Shown: in pieces, positions 22,718 to 31,909 of the stretch
How positions within the stretch are numbered: the stretch's first letter is position 1
How the letters are laid out: each line of letters starts with the position of its first letter
Source of the DNA: Prochlorococcus sp. AG-679-M23
GTDB lineage: Bacteria > Cyanobacteriota > Cyanobacteriia > PCC-6307 > Cyanobiaceae
Direction: 5' to 3'
NCBI GenBank assembly: GCA_003208875.1
Contig: QCUR01000001.1
Location: 1-64,000 of the forward strand
DNA: 64,000 nt
The notes under the pieces: generated by a model
The model's input: the letters and a program-made list of their open reading frames with translations, nothing else
What the model was told of the DNA's origin: nothing
Databases searched by the model: none
Position numbers and translations under genes: made by a program

Positions 22718-24304
22718 ATGAGTAAAAATTTACTAAAAAAAGAGAGAGATCCCTCAATATTAATTTTAGATTTCGGATCTCAATATTCTGAATTAATTGC
22801 AAGGAGAATAAGAGAAGCAGATGTATTTTCTCTTGTTGTTAGTAACTTTACCTCTATCAAGGAGATTCAGGATATTAATCCAAAAGGGATTATTTTAAGT
22901 GGTGGCCCAAGTTCTGTTTATGAAGATAATGCACCTAAATGTGACGCAAAGATTTTTGATTTAGGGATTCCAGTTTTGGGTATATGTTACGGAATGCAAT
23001 TAATGGTTAAAGAATTGGGAGGTGAAGTTACCCCAGCAATTAATAAAGCTGAATATGGCAGAGCACCAATAAATATTGATTGCGAAAGTGATTTGCTATC
23101 TAATGTCCAAGACAAATCTATTATGTGGATGAGTCATGGGGATTCTATAAATAACTTGCCTGAAGGATTTATTAAAATCTCTCATACAGAAAATACGCTG
23201 CATGCTGCAATATCAAACAAACAAAAGAAATTATTTGGTGTTCAATTTCATCCTGAAGTTATACATTCAGAATTCGGAATGACGGTAATTAAAAACTTTG
23301 TTTATTCTATTTCTAAATGTAAGGCCGATTGGACTACTGAAACATTTTTAGAGGAAACAATTCCAAGAATTAAGCAACAAGTAGGTGATAAGAAAGTTTT
23401 ACTTGCTCTTTCTGGCGGCGTAGATTCATCAACCCTCGCTTTTCTTCTCAATCAAGCTATTGGGAAACAACTTACTTGTATGTTTATTGATCAAGGCTTT
23501 ATGAGAAAAGGTGAACCTGAATTTTTAATGGAATTTTTTGATAAAAAATTTCATATTAAGGTTGAATATATTAACGCTAGGGAAAGATTTATTAATAAAT
23601 TAAATGGAATAACTGATCCAGAAGAAAAACGCAAGATTATTGGTAGAGAATTTATTAGAGTTTTTGAAGAGGAGAGTAATAGATTAGGCCCTTTCCAATA
23701 TTTGGCTCAAGGTACTCTTTACCCAGATGTTATTGAGAGTGCTGGAACGAATTTAGATCCTAAGACTGGTGAGCGAATTGCAGTGAAAATAAAAAGTCAT
23801 CACAATGTAGGCGGTTTGCCAAAAGATTTACAATTTAAATTAGTGGAACCATTAAGAAAACTTTTTAAAGATGAAGTAAGAAAGGTTGGGGGTGCTTTAG
23901 GATTGCCAGATGAAATTATAAAAAGACACCCATTTCCTGGTCCTGGCTTAGCAATAAGAATTTTAGGTGAAGTTTCTCATGAAAAACTAAACTGTTTGAG
24001 AGATGCAGACTGGATAGTAAGAGATGAAATAAAAAAATCAGGTCTTTATGATGATATATGGCAAGCATTTGCTGTTCTTTTACCTGTCAAGACTGTCGGT
24101 GTAATGGGAGACAAACGGACCTATGCTTGGCCAGTAGTTTTACGATGCGTATCAAGCGAAGATGGTATGACGGCTGATTGGTCGAGAATTCCTTATGAAA
24201 CCTTAGAGAGAATTTCTAATAGAATCGTTAATGAAGTAGAGCAGGTTAATAGAGTTGTTTTCGATATTACTAGTAAGCCTCCAGGAACAATTGAGTGGGA
24301 GTAA
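22718..24304 (+). CDS. guaA: GMP synthase (glutamine-hydrolysing)
   Basis: [29 protein letters not shown] and C-terminal KPPGTIEWE. Confidence 0.98.
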   Translation: MSKNLLKKERDPSILILDFGSQYSELIARRIREADVFSLVVSNFTSIKEIQDINPKGIILSGGPSSVYEDNAPKCDAKIFDLGIPVLGICYGMQLMVKELGGEVTPAINKAEYGRAPINIDCESDLLSNVQDKSIMWMSHGDSINNLPEGFIKISHTENTLHAAISNKQKKLFGVQFHPEVIHSEFGMTVIKNFVYSISKCKADWTTETFLEETIPRIKQQVGDKKVLLALSGGVDSSTLAFLLNQAIGKQLTCMFIDQGFMRKGEPEFLMEFFDKKFHIKVEYINARERFINKLNGITDPEEKRKIIGREFIRVFEEESNRLGPFQYLAQGTLYPDVIESAGTNLDPKTGERIAVKIKSHHNVGGLPKDLQFKLVEPLRKLFKDEVRKVGGALGLPDEIIKRHPFPGPGLAIRILGEVSHEKLNCLRDADWIVRDEIKKSGLYDDIWQAFAVLLPVKTVGVMGDKRTYAWPVVLRCVSSEDGMTADWSRIPYETLERISNRIVNEVEQVNRVVFDITSKPPGTIEWE

Positions 24305-24540
24305 TTAAAGGGGTATAAAGTCAGTCATAGTCTAAAAAAAGCGGTTACACGTGGGTTACACGTGAGAATCTGTTATCCTATTTGCAATGGATCTCAACAG
24401 CGAGGTTACACGTGGGTTACACGTGAGGGTAAAATCTCATCTCTATAGAGAAATCGTATAAAAATAAATTTCTCTACACTTTCCACATTTTTATGGTTTT
24501 ATTTTCTGACTAATGGGTACTAAAGGAAAGGGTGCAAAAA
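24284..24540 (+). repeat. att site 1 (guaA end plus right arm)
   Basis: GAGTGGGA at 24293-24300. GGTTACACGTG x2 at 24343-24364 and again at 24404-24425. TCTCTATAGAGA at 24440-24451. Confidence 0.9.
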
Positions 24541-24593
24541 CTTATGAATTTTACGAAGAGTTACCCATGCTTTATGGAATTACTTATCCATAA
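24513..24593 (+). pseudogene. Truncated N-terminal gene stub (possibly the element's integrase)
   Basis: MGTKGKGAKTYEFYEELPMLYGITYP*. A homologous stub, MGIKGRNTKI*, lies at the same offset after att2. Confidence 0.35.
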
Positions 24594-24717
24594 AATATTT
24601 TCATTTATTTAAATAGAGGAATAAGATGAAAAGACTTAGAACAAAATTAGATCATTGGATTGCTAGAAATCCAAAAAAAAATGGTTTTTCTTTCGCGTCT
24701 GAAGAAATTGCATAATT

Positions 24718-25974
24718 GTGATGTTTTTTGGAGATTCTGCCTATCAAGTAAATCAAACTATTCACCCAACTGAATTATTGCCTGAATCTCCATATATTGG
24801 GTTGGAACATATTGAACAAGAATCTCTTCAACTAATTGGGATAGGAGACGCTTCAAAAGTTACTAGTAACAAAAGAATTTTCAGAAAAGGAGATATTCTT
24901 TTTGGAAAACTTAGACCTTACTTTAGAAAAGTTATAAATGCAGATTTTGATGGAATTTGTTCAACGGATATATGGGTGATACGTCCAAAAGAAAATATAG
25001 ATAGTAATTTTCTATATTATTGGTGTTCTAGTTGGGAATTCATAAATTTTGTAAATTCAGCAAGTGAAGGGACAAGAATGCCTCGAGCAAAATGGGAAGT
25101 TGCAATAAATCATGAAATTCCTAATCATACTTATGAAAACCAAAAGATAATTGGAAATATACTTGGTTCTCTTGATAAAAAAATACAACTAAACAAAAAA
25201 ACTAATTACACACTTGAAGAAATAGCGAAAGCACTTTTCAAATCATGGTTTATTGATTTCGATCCAGTAAGAGCAAAAGCAAAAGGACTTTCAACTGGAT
25301 TACCTGATGAGATTAGTGATTTATTTCCTAGTTCTCTAGAGAACTCTGAATTAGGAGAGATACCAAGTAATTGGAAAAAAACCTCAATTTCTCAATTGAT
25401 AGAAATAAACCCAATAAGAAAAATTACAAAAAATACAATTGCTCCATTTCTTGAAATGAAGGGAGTTCAAACTTATGGACATACTTCAAAGGGAGTTTAT
25501 GATCGCCAATTTACTTCTGGTACAAAATTTCAACAAGGGGACACCTTATTGGCAAGAATAACACCATGTCTCGAAAATGGTAAAACCGCTATGGTGGATT
25601 TTCTAGATGAGGGACAAATTGGATGGGGATCTACAGAATTCATAGTTCTTAGTGGTAAAGAAAAAATACATAATCCTTTTGTTTACTATTTATCTAGATC
25701 AGAAAAATTTAGAGAATATGCAATTAGAAATATGACTGGATCAAGTGGAAGACAAAGAGTTCCTCCCAATATTTTATATGATTTTAATATCGCAAAACCG
25801 CCAACTAATATCCTCAATTTATTTTCAGAAATTGCTTATTCATTTCTTCAAAAAATAACTATTGGATCACAAGAAAATAGTTCACTTGAAAAAATTAGAA
25901 ATACTCTTCTTCCAAAACTTATTTCAGGAGAACTTAGTACATTTGATGCTGCAAGAAAGATTCAAGATCTTTGA
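24718..25974 (+). CDS. hsdS: Type I restriction-modification specificity subunit (orphan)
   Basis: Two TRDs (KGDILFGKLRPY; GDTLLARITPCLENGK), conserved spacer QKIIGNILGSLDKKI..LEEIAKALFKSWF, and C-terminal RNTLLPKLISGEL. Confidence 0.9.
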   Translation: MMFFGDSAYQVNQTIHPTELLPESPYIGLEHIEQESLQLIGIGDASKVTSNKRIFRKGDILFGKLRPYFRKVINADFDGICSTDIWVIRPKENIDSNFLYYWCSSWEFINFVNSASEGTRMPRAKWEVAINHEIPNHTYENQKIIGNILGSLDKKIQLNKKTNYTLEEIAKALFKSWFIDFDPVRAKAKGLSTGLPDEISDLFPSSLENSELGEIPSNWKKTSISQLIEINPIRKITKNTIAPFLEMKGVQTYGHTSKGVYDRQFTSGTKFQQGDTLLARITPCLENGKTAMVDFLDEGQIGWGSTEFIVLSGKEKIHNPFVYYLSRSEKFREYAIRNMTGSSGRQRVPPNILYDFNIAKPPTNILNLFSEIAYSFLQKITIGSQENSSLEKIRNTLLPKLISGELSTFDAARKIQDL

Positions 25975-26054
25975 TCTACTTCTTCTATAAAAAAGTTTTT
26001 CTCTACAAAAAAATGATATTTTTAGTTGTCATTTGGTTGCTTTTGATGCATTTC

Positions 26055-26405
26055 AGTTACACGTGGGTTACACGTGAAGAAACCTGTCTTATTCTTCCCT
26101 CAAATCAACTGATATGACTATGTCTCTGGCAGTACAAATTCTCGTGACTATCGAGTGGGAATAACAGATAGGTTATAAACCTAGTTATAGGCGCAAAAAG
26201 TTGGTTTCACGTGGGTTTCACGTAGAATATTTACTACCTATTTGCAATGGTTTTCGATGGCGGTCTTTCACGTAAGTTTCACGTGATGCAAAAAGTCCGT
26301 CTCTATAGAGAAATCATAAAAGAACTTATGTCTCTACACTTTCTTTTTTTATAGAGCGATATTTTTTGATTTATGGGTATAAAAGGCAGAAATACAAAAA
26401 TCTAA
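26055..26405 (+). repeat. att site 2 (left arm, core and right arm)
   Basis: Arm pair at 26055-26076, core GAGTGGGA at 26153-26160 (VTIEWE*), arm pairs at 26203-26224 and 26264-26285. Colinear with att1 at offset 1860. Confidence 0.9.
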
Positions 26406-26607
26406 ATGGAGTTATAAATCCTTGAATTTACTTTTTTGCTTCAATTGATTCAGAAATCGTAACTAGATATCTATTTTGGATATATCTATTTGATTACTTT
26501 TATTAAAAATAAAAAAAGATACACAAAGTGTTTACCTTCAAGAAATTTAAGTCTTTATAAAGGTTGTCATTTAGAACATAAATGAGAATAAAATAATTTA
26601 CTTCAAA

Positions 26608-26637
26608 TAAGTGTGTATAAGGGTGTATATGTGTGTT
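26608..26637 (+). promoter_or_regulatory. Triple 10-bp direct repeat upstream of mreB (candidate operator)
   Basis: TAAGTGTGTA TAAGGGTGTA TATGTGTGTT. Confidence 0.55.
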
Positions 26638-26680
26638 ACTATAAAAGAAGTATTTAAATTTAGTAATTTTTAGTAGGTAT

Positions 26681-27733
26681 ATGTTTTGGAATAGATTTCA
26701 ATTTTCTAGAGACATAGGTATTGACTTGGGTACTGCCAATACTCTTATTCATGTATCTGGGAAAGGCGTAATTCTGGAAGAACCTTCTGTAGTAGCTATG
26801 GATTTAGAAGAGGGAACTCCTTTGGCAGTAGGTGAAGAAGCAAAATTAATGCTTGGAAGAACCCCAGGAAATATAAGAGCAGTAAGACCTCTAAAGGATG
26901 GGGTTATTGCAGACTTTGACGCAGCGGAACAAATGATAAAAACTTTTATTCAAAAATGTAATGAAGGAAAGGGTCTTTTAGCTCCAAGAATAGTTATTGG
27001 TATTCCAAGTGGCGTTACCAGTGTTGAACGAAGAGCAGTTCGAGAAGCAGGATTAGCAGGGGCACGGGAAGTCTATTTAATCGATGAACCTGTAGCTGCC
27101 GCAATAGGAGCTTCTTTGCCAGTAACGGAACCAATTGGAACTATGATCGTTGATATTGGCGGTGGAACAACTGAAGTAGCAGTATTGAGTCTTGGAGGAA
27201 CAGTTGTAAGTGAATCTCTTCGAATAGCAGGAGATGAAATAAATGAATCAATAGCTACCTATCTTAAAAAAAAGCATAATATGGTTGTTGGTGAAAGAAC
27301 ATCAGAAAAGATAAAAATTAAAATAGGTTCTGCTTTCCCTGATGACAGTTTTGACAATACATCTTTTGAAGTTAAGGGATTACACTTATCTTCCGGCTTA
27401 CCAAGATCTATTGCTTTAACTGCAGGAGAAATTAGAGAGGCTATGACTGATCCTCTTAGTAAAATAATTGAAGCTATAAAAAGAACTCTCGAGCGAACTC
27501 CTCCTGAATTAGCGGCAGATATTGTTGAGAGAGGAATCATGCTCGCGGGAGGTGGAGCTCTAATAAAGGGAATTAATGATTTAGTAACTCAAGAAACTGG
27601 AATTTTTACTCACATAGCAGAAGATCCATTGTTATGCGTAGTTAATGGCTGCGGAAATGTACTTGATGATTTCAGAAGACTTAGGAGGTGTGTAGACACG
27701 GTTGATTTAGGAACTAATTCAATAAGGACTTAA
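26681..27733 (+). CDS. mreB: Rod shape-determining actin homolog MreB (island copy, no adjacent mreC)
   Basis: IGIDLGTANT, RPLKDGVIADF, IDEPVAAAIG, DIGGGTTE and LAGGGAL motifs. Confidence 0.95.
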   Translation: MFWNRFQFSRDIGIDLGTANTLIHVSGKGVILEEPSVVAMDLEEGTPLAVGEEAKLMLGRTPGNIRAVRPLKDGVIADFDAAEQMIKTFIQKCNEGKGLLAPRIVIGIPSGVTSVERRAVREAGLAGAREVYLIDEPVAAAIGASLPVTEPIGTMIVDIGGGTTEVAVLSLGGTVVSESLRIAGDEINESIATYLKKKHNMVVGERTSEKIKIKIGSAFPDDSFDNTSFEVKGLHLSSGLPRSIALTAGEIREAMTDPLSKIIEAIKRTLERTPPELAADIVERGIMLAGGGALIKGINDLVTQETGIFTHIAEDPLLCVVNGCGNVLDDFRRLRRCVDTVDLGTNSIRT

Positions 27734-27834
27734 TTACTTTTCTGATGAATTTTTTACTAGTAAAAACTAGATAAAAAATCATACTTTAATAAAAAAATTC
27801 TTTCTTTTAATATCCACTGAGAAACAATTTAAAA

Positions 27835-27993
27835 ATGAATCAAGAGCAAAGAAAGAAATTACCTAATAAAAAAATAATTCGCTCAGCAAAATTTGAAGCA
27901 AAAGAACAATTTACCAAATCTGCATTAGAAAATTTAAAAAATGAAAATGAAAGAATTGTTAATTCATTAAAAGAATCTGGTGAAATCGATTAA
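27835..27993 (+). CDS. Small hypothetical protein (52 aa)
   Basis: Hand-translated MNQEQRKKLPNKKIIRSAKFEAKEQF...ESGEID*; below the ORF-track cutoff. Confidence 0.5.
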   Translation: MNQEQRKKLPNKKIIRSAKFEAKEQFTKSALENLKNENERIVNSLKESGEID

Positions 27994-28054
27994 TTAAATA
28001 AAGAACTTTCTACATGATTTATTAAAGCCTAAACGAAGAAAAATTTAAGATTTA

Positions 28055-28411
28055 TTATTTTTCTAATAAATAAAATTTCTCTTCACCAACTTTGTCTGGT
28101 TTCACTATTTTACAACCTTTATCTTTTTCTAAATCGCAATCTTTCGAGGCAGCAACTGTTTTCCATGAACAAACTTTTTCTTCTGAGTATTCTTGTTTAA
28201 TCGTCCACCCATCGTTGATATACTTTTCGAGATTACTATTTTCTCCACATGAAACTGTAATTTCAATACTATTTTCTTTTTTAATACTTTCTTCTGATGA
28301 TTGTATTCCAAAACTGTTTTTAATTTCAGTCGCTTTTTTCTCCAATATTTTGCAACCGCCAACTAGAAATAGGATCATAAATATATAAAGTAATTTTTTA
28401 TATTCTTTCAT
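28055..28411 (-). CDS. Predicted lipoprotein, Cys-rich
   Basis: Signal peptide with lipobox LVGG-C; ATGA overlap with the upstream ORF. Confidence 0.75.
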   Translation of the reverse strand: MKEYKKLLYIFMILFLVGGCKILEKKATEIKNSFGIQSSEESIKKENSIEITVSCGENSNLEKYINDGWTIKQEYSEEKVCSWKTVAASKDCDLEKDKGCKIVKPDKVGEEKFYLLEK

Positions 28412-30033
28412 TTATCTATCATGCAAGTATTAAATTTTCTATTCGCTGTTTCTGTAAAGCCAAGATCCAAAAACTTTATGTAGTCACTATTTTTGTCCTT
28501 ACATATTTTTTCTTTGTTTTCAATTTGTATTTTTCTCTGTTCTTGAATTAATATTTGATTTCTGAAGTTCTCGATAAATTTATAAATATATGGAATAGTT
28601 GCTATGAAGAATCCAATAAAAAATGAAAAAGCAAATGCCGAAGTATATTTTTTAGAGTTATTTTTAAGACTAATTTTTGCAAAATAATTATTTAGTTTAA
28701 ACATAATTTTAATTTTTTTTTTAATTACTATCGCTGCTCCAATTTCTTGTAATTTTGTAGAGAAATTTTCGTATCCTCTTTCTAAATGCTCTACCCCTCC
28801 AATCAAAGTTGTCCCACCTGCTGAAAGTCCTGCAAGAGCCAATGCAGCCGAAGCTCTTAAATCAGATCCTAGAATTACACTTCCTTTTAAGTTTTCAACC
28901 CCGACTACTGTTGCAATATTATCTTTTAAAGTAATGTTTGCCCCCATACGATTTAGCTCTTTAACATGATGCATTCTATTTTCAAATACTGTTTCTTTAA
29001 TTTTTGAAATACCATTTGCTGTTGCCATTAAAGCCATAAAAGGTGCCTGTAGATCAGTTGGGAAACCAGGAAATGGACTTGTCGTCATATCAACTGAATT
29101 TAAAATTTGATTGGGAATGATTTTTAAACAAAAATCTGAATATTCGAACTTGCAGCCACAAAGTTCTAGTTTGTTAATTACTGCTTTTAAGTGATTTGGT
29201 TCGCATGGGAAAAGACTAATTGTTGATCTTGTTATTGCCGCAGCAAGTAAAAAAGTACCTGCTTCAATTCTGTCAGGTATTACTGTGTAATCGCATCCTT
29301 TTAGGGATTCAACTCCTTCAATTGTTATACATTCAGATCCCGCACCTTTTATTCGTGCACCCATTAGATTCAACATGTTTGCTAAATCTACAATTTCTGG
29401 CTCCTCTGCTGCGTTGTTTAATATAGTTTTCCCTTTAGCTAAAGATGCTGCCATTAATAAAGTCTCAGTGGCACCTACACTTTTGCATTGAAAATTGATT
29501 GATGATCCCAACAATCTTTTTTTGGGATTAATTACTTTAGCTATTAAATAATTATTTCGGTATTGAAATACAACTCCTAATTTTTTCAGTGAATTTATAT
29601 GTTCATCGATTGGTCTGGATCCTATCGAACATCCTCCCGGTAAGGGTATCTTAGCTGTTCCAAATCTTGCAAGGATTGGACCAATACAAAAGAAACTCAC
29701 TCTAAGGGCATGATATAAATCAAAAAATAAATCTTGAGGTGGAATGATAATTTCTTTAGTATTTATTGTTAATTGATTTGTATTCGATTTTATATTTATA
29801 CCCATTGCAATTAATAATTTAGACATAATTGCAACATCTGAAATTTGAGGAACATTAAAAAGATTTATTTCGCCTTTAGAAAGAATTGACGCTGCCATTA
29901 GGACTAGAGCAGAATTTTTAGCACCACTAATTTTTAAATGCCCTTCAAGGGGGTTGCCTCCTTTTACTTCGATATAATTTTTGAAAAAGTAATCGACTCT
30001 AGGGGGTTGAAGAGTTTTATTTTGTATTTTCAT
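28408..30033 (-). CDS. murA: UDP-N-acetylglucosamine 1-carboxyvinyltransferase with an in-frame ~100-aa membrane-protein extension
   Basis: GAKNSAL, LPGGCSIGSRPID (active-site Cys), PDRIEAGT, FPTDLQ, DLRASAAL and RGYE motifs. The extension begins at an internal ATG at 28704. Confidence 0.92.
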   Translation of the reverse strand: MKIQNKTLQPPRVDYFFKNYIEVKGGNPLEGHLKISGAKNSALVLMAASILSKGEINLFNVPQISDVAIMSKLLIAMGINIKSNTNQLTINTKEIIIPPQDLFFDLYHALRVSFFCIGPILARFGTAKIPLPGGCSIGSRPIDEHINSLKKLGVVFQYRNNYLIAKVINPKKRLLGSSINFQCKSVGATETLLMAASLAKGKTILNNAAEEPEIVDLANMLNLMGARIKGAGSECITIEGVESLKGCDYTVIPDRIEAGTFLLAAAITRSTISLFPCEPNHLKAVINKLELCGCKFEYSDFCLKIIPNQILNSVDMTTSPFPGFPTDLQAPFMALMATANGISKIKETVFENRMHHVKELNRMGANITLKDNIATVVGVENLKGSVILGSDLRASAALALAGLSAGGTTLIGGVEHLERGYENFSTKLQEIGAAIVIKKKIKIMFKLNNYFAKISLKNNSKKYTSAFAFSFFIGFFIATIPYIYKFIENFRNQILIQEQRKIQIENKEKICKDKNSDYIKFLDLGFTETANRKFNTCMIDK

Positions 30034-30036
30034 AAA

Positions 30037-30300
30037 TTAAAAGTCTTCAAGGTTTGTCATTGATGAAGAACAATATCGTTTTTGAGAAGCTAAATCCCCG
30101 ATTTCCCAGCAACTTTTTATTTCAACATTATTTTCAGGAGATGAAAACTTTATTATTAATGGTGATTGATTTGTATTAGTTAAATCGAAGGCATTAACAC
30201 TTTTGTTCCTACCGAGAGATGAAGCTGCCGGTTTTGTTTGTTCTAAAAAAGCTAAAGGAAGAAAAAATAGAAGCGTTGTTAATACAGTTTTCTTATTCAT
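30037..30300 (-). CDS. Small exported hypothetical protein
   Basis: Signal-peptide-like N-terminus and a Cys pair; ends 3 nt upstream of the murA start. Confidence 0.6.
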   Translation of the reverse strand: MNKKTVLTTLLFFLPLAFLEQTKPAASSLGRNKSVNAFDLTNTNQSPLIIKFSSPENNVEIKSCWEIGDLASQKRYCSSSMTNLEDF

Positions 30301-30540
30301 TTTTAATTACTTTGAATAATTCATTTTCAAAATGATTCATTATTTCTGATGTCTCAAAAATAAAGATTTTAAGATTTGATCAGTCCAAGTATTAATAGAT
30401 TGCTTTTTAAGAAAGCATTACTTTCTAAGGTTTTTAACTGAGCAAATAATTGTTTCACTGAAGAATTAAATAAATGCTAAAAAACCTTTGACTGTTGTGA
30501 TCCCCATCACCACTGCCTCGCAGATGTGTCTCTTAATAGT

Positions 30541-30570
30541 TACACACTTATACATACTATAACACACTTT
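30541..30570 (-). promoter_or_regulatory. Triple 10-bp repeat (candidate operator) in the divergent promoter region
   Basis: TACACACTTA TACATACTAT AACACACTTT is the reverse complement of the mreB-upstream motif. A further exact TAAGTGTGTA lies at 30677-30686. Confidence 0.55.
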
Positions 30571-30716
30571 GAATATTTGTTTGTTATTTGGATATCATGA
30601 TATAACCTATAAATAACAATAAACATTTAAAGTTAATTTGCCGGATTAGTATTAATAAATACTATTTGTTATACTATAAGTGTGTATCGTTTTCTGTAAT
30701 TTACATTAATCAACTA

Positions 30717-31187
30717 ATGCCTACTAAGCTTGATAGGGTACAGGTTCTTTTTCAGAAAGAGTTATTTAAAAAGCTTAAGGTAATTGCAAAAATTGAGCGC
30801 AGATCGTTATCTAGTATGGTTGGAAGCATTGTAGAAGATGCAATGAATTCTAAAAAATATCAATCTCTTTTATCGAAGGCAAAGTCAGATGATTTAAAAT
30901 CAAAAATTGATGAAAGTAAATTCTTAATTAATGAAATTTTAAAATCTAAGAGTTCAAATCAATCAGATATTGATGAAAATTCTAAATTAAAACAAATTGA
31001 AGATATACTCTCTTTAATATCAGAATCTCATAAAGAATCATTGGAGGAATCAGTGGGAAAAGATTTATTATTAGTAGAAGAAGCTTTGAAACCAGACGGT
31101 TTAATTGAAGAATTAGAATTGGAAACAGATTATAAGATTAATAAAATGAATGTAATGCTCAGTAAAATCAATAAAAATAAGGATTAA
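30717..31187 (+). CDS. Ribbon-helix-helix (CopG/Arc-like) DNA-binding protein with an acidic helical tail
   Basis: MPTKLDRVQVLF (beta strand), KELFKKLKVIAKIE (helix), RRSLSSMVGSIV (helix). Confidence 0.7.
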   Translation: MPTKLDRVQVLFQKELFKKLKVIAKIERRSLSSMVGSIVEDAMNSKKYQSLLSKAKSDDLKSKIDESKFLINEILKSKSSNQSDIDENSKLKQIEDILSLISESHKESLEESVGKDLLLVEEALKPDGLIEELELETDYKINKMNVMLSKINKNKD

Positions 31188-31209
31188 ATTCGACACTAAG
31201 AGATAAATA

Positions 31210-31524
31210 ATGAATAAATTTGAAAAAATGGAAAAGAGAATGGATGAGTGGCAGAGCGGAATAAGAATTCTCTATAAAGATATCCAAACAATCCGTAACT
31301 GGACGGATGAGCAGGTTTGGAAAGAACTTGAAAATGAGATAAAAAGAATTACTCCTGAGGGTCAATTTGGCGAGGACGACTTGGCTTGGACCAGAGAAAT
31401 TCTTACATCAAAAAGAGATGTTACTTTATGGGAAGCGGTAAGACTTACTATTAGATTTAAACATTCAACGCCTCTGTTAGATGCTCTTGGTAATCTTAGA
31501 GCTCGAGATAAATCTGGAACTTAA
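31210..31524 (+). CDS. Hypothetical protein (paralog A)
   Basis: 104-aa ORF that aligns by eye with 31589-31897. Confidence 0.75.
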   Translation: MNKFEKMEKRMDEWQSGIRILYKDIQTIRNWTDEQVWKELENEIKRITPEGQFGEDDLAWTREILTSKRDVTLWEAVRLTIRFKHSTPLLDALGNLRARDKSGT

Positions 31525-31588
31525 ATATCTATTATGTTTTTTTATAAGCAAATAGAAAATAAGTTTTTTTCAAGAATTTATTTATAGT

Positions 31589-31897
31589 TTGACTAAATTT
31601 ATAGATACATCTGGTTTTGATAATGTCGAACAAGTCAGAAAATGGTATCTAGGTATTCAATCAACTTTTAAGCAAATACAGCAACAAAATAATTATGATA
31701 AAAAACAAGCTTGGGATAAATTAAAAATAGAATTACTTAAATCAGTTGCAAAAGAAGATTTTGTACAGAATGATCTTGAATGGGTTGAAGATCTCCTTCT
31801 TCATGAAATAATTCCAACTACTGAAGAAGCCTGTAGATTTGAAAAAAAATATCCTAATCAAACTCCTTTAATTGATGCGCTTGCCAAAATCTTCTAA
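31589..31897 (+). CDS. Hypothetical protein (paralog B)
   Basis: 102-aa ORF with a TTG start. Shares W..GI, QxW, DLxW, EAxR and TPLxDAL with paralog A. Confidence 0.75.
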   Translation: MTKFIDTSGFDNVEQVRKWYLGIQSTFKQIQQQNNYDKKQAWDKLKIELLKSVAKEDFVQNDLEWVEDLLLHEIIPTTEEACRFEKKYPNQTPLIDALAKIF

Positions 31898-31909
31898 TTT
31901 ATTTTTGAT

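Noticed and set aside
24627..24714. Short ORF-like stretch upstream of hsdS as an hsdM remnant
   Set aside because: Too short, with no recognisable methyltransferase motif.
26025..26572. GTTGTCATTT 10-mer on both sides of att2 (26025 and 26563)
   Set aside because: Only two short copies, not repeated at the other att sites, so it cannot be told apart from chance.
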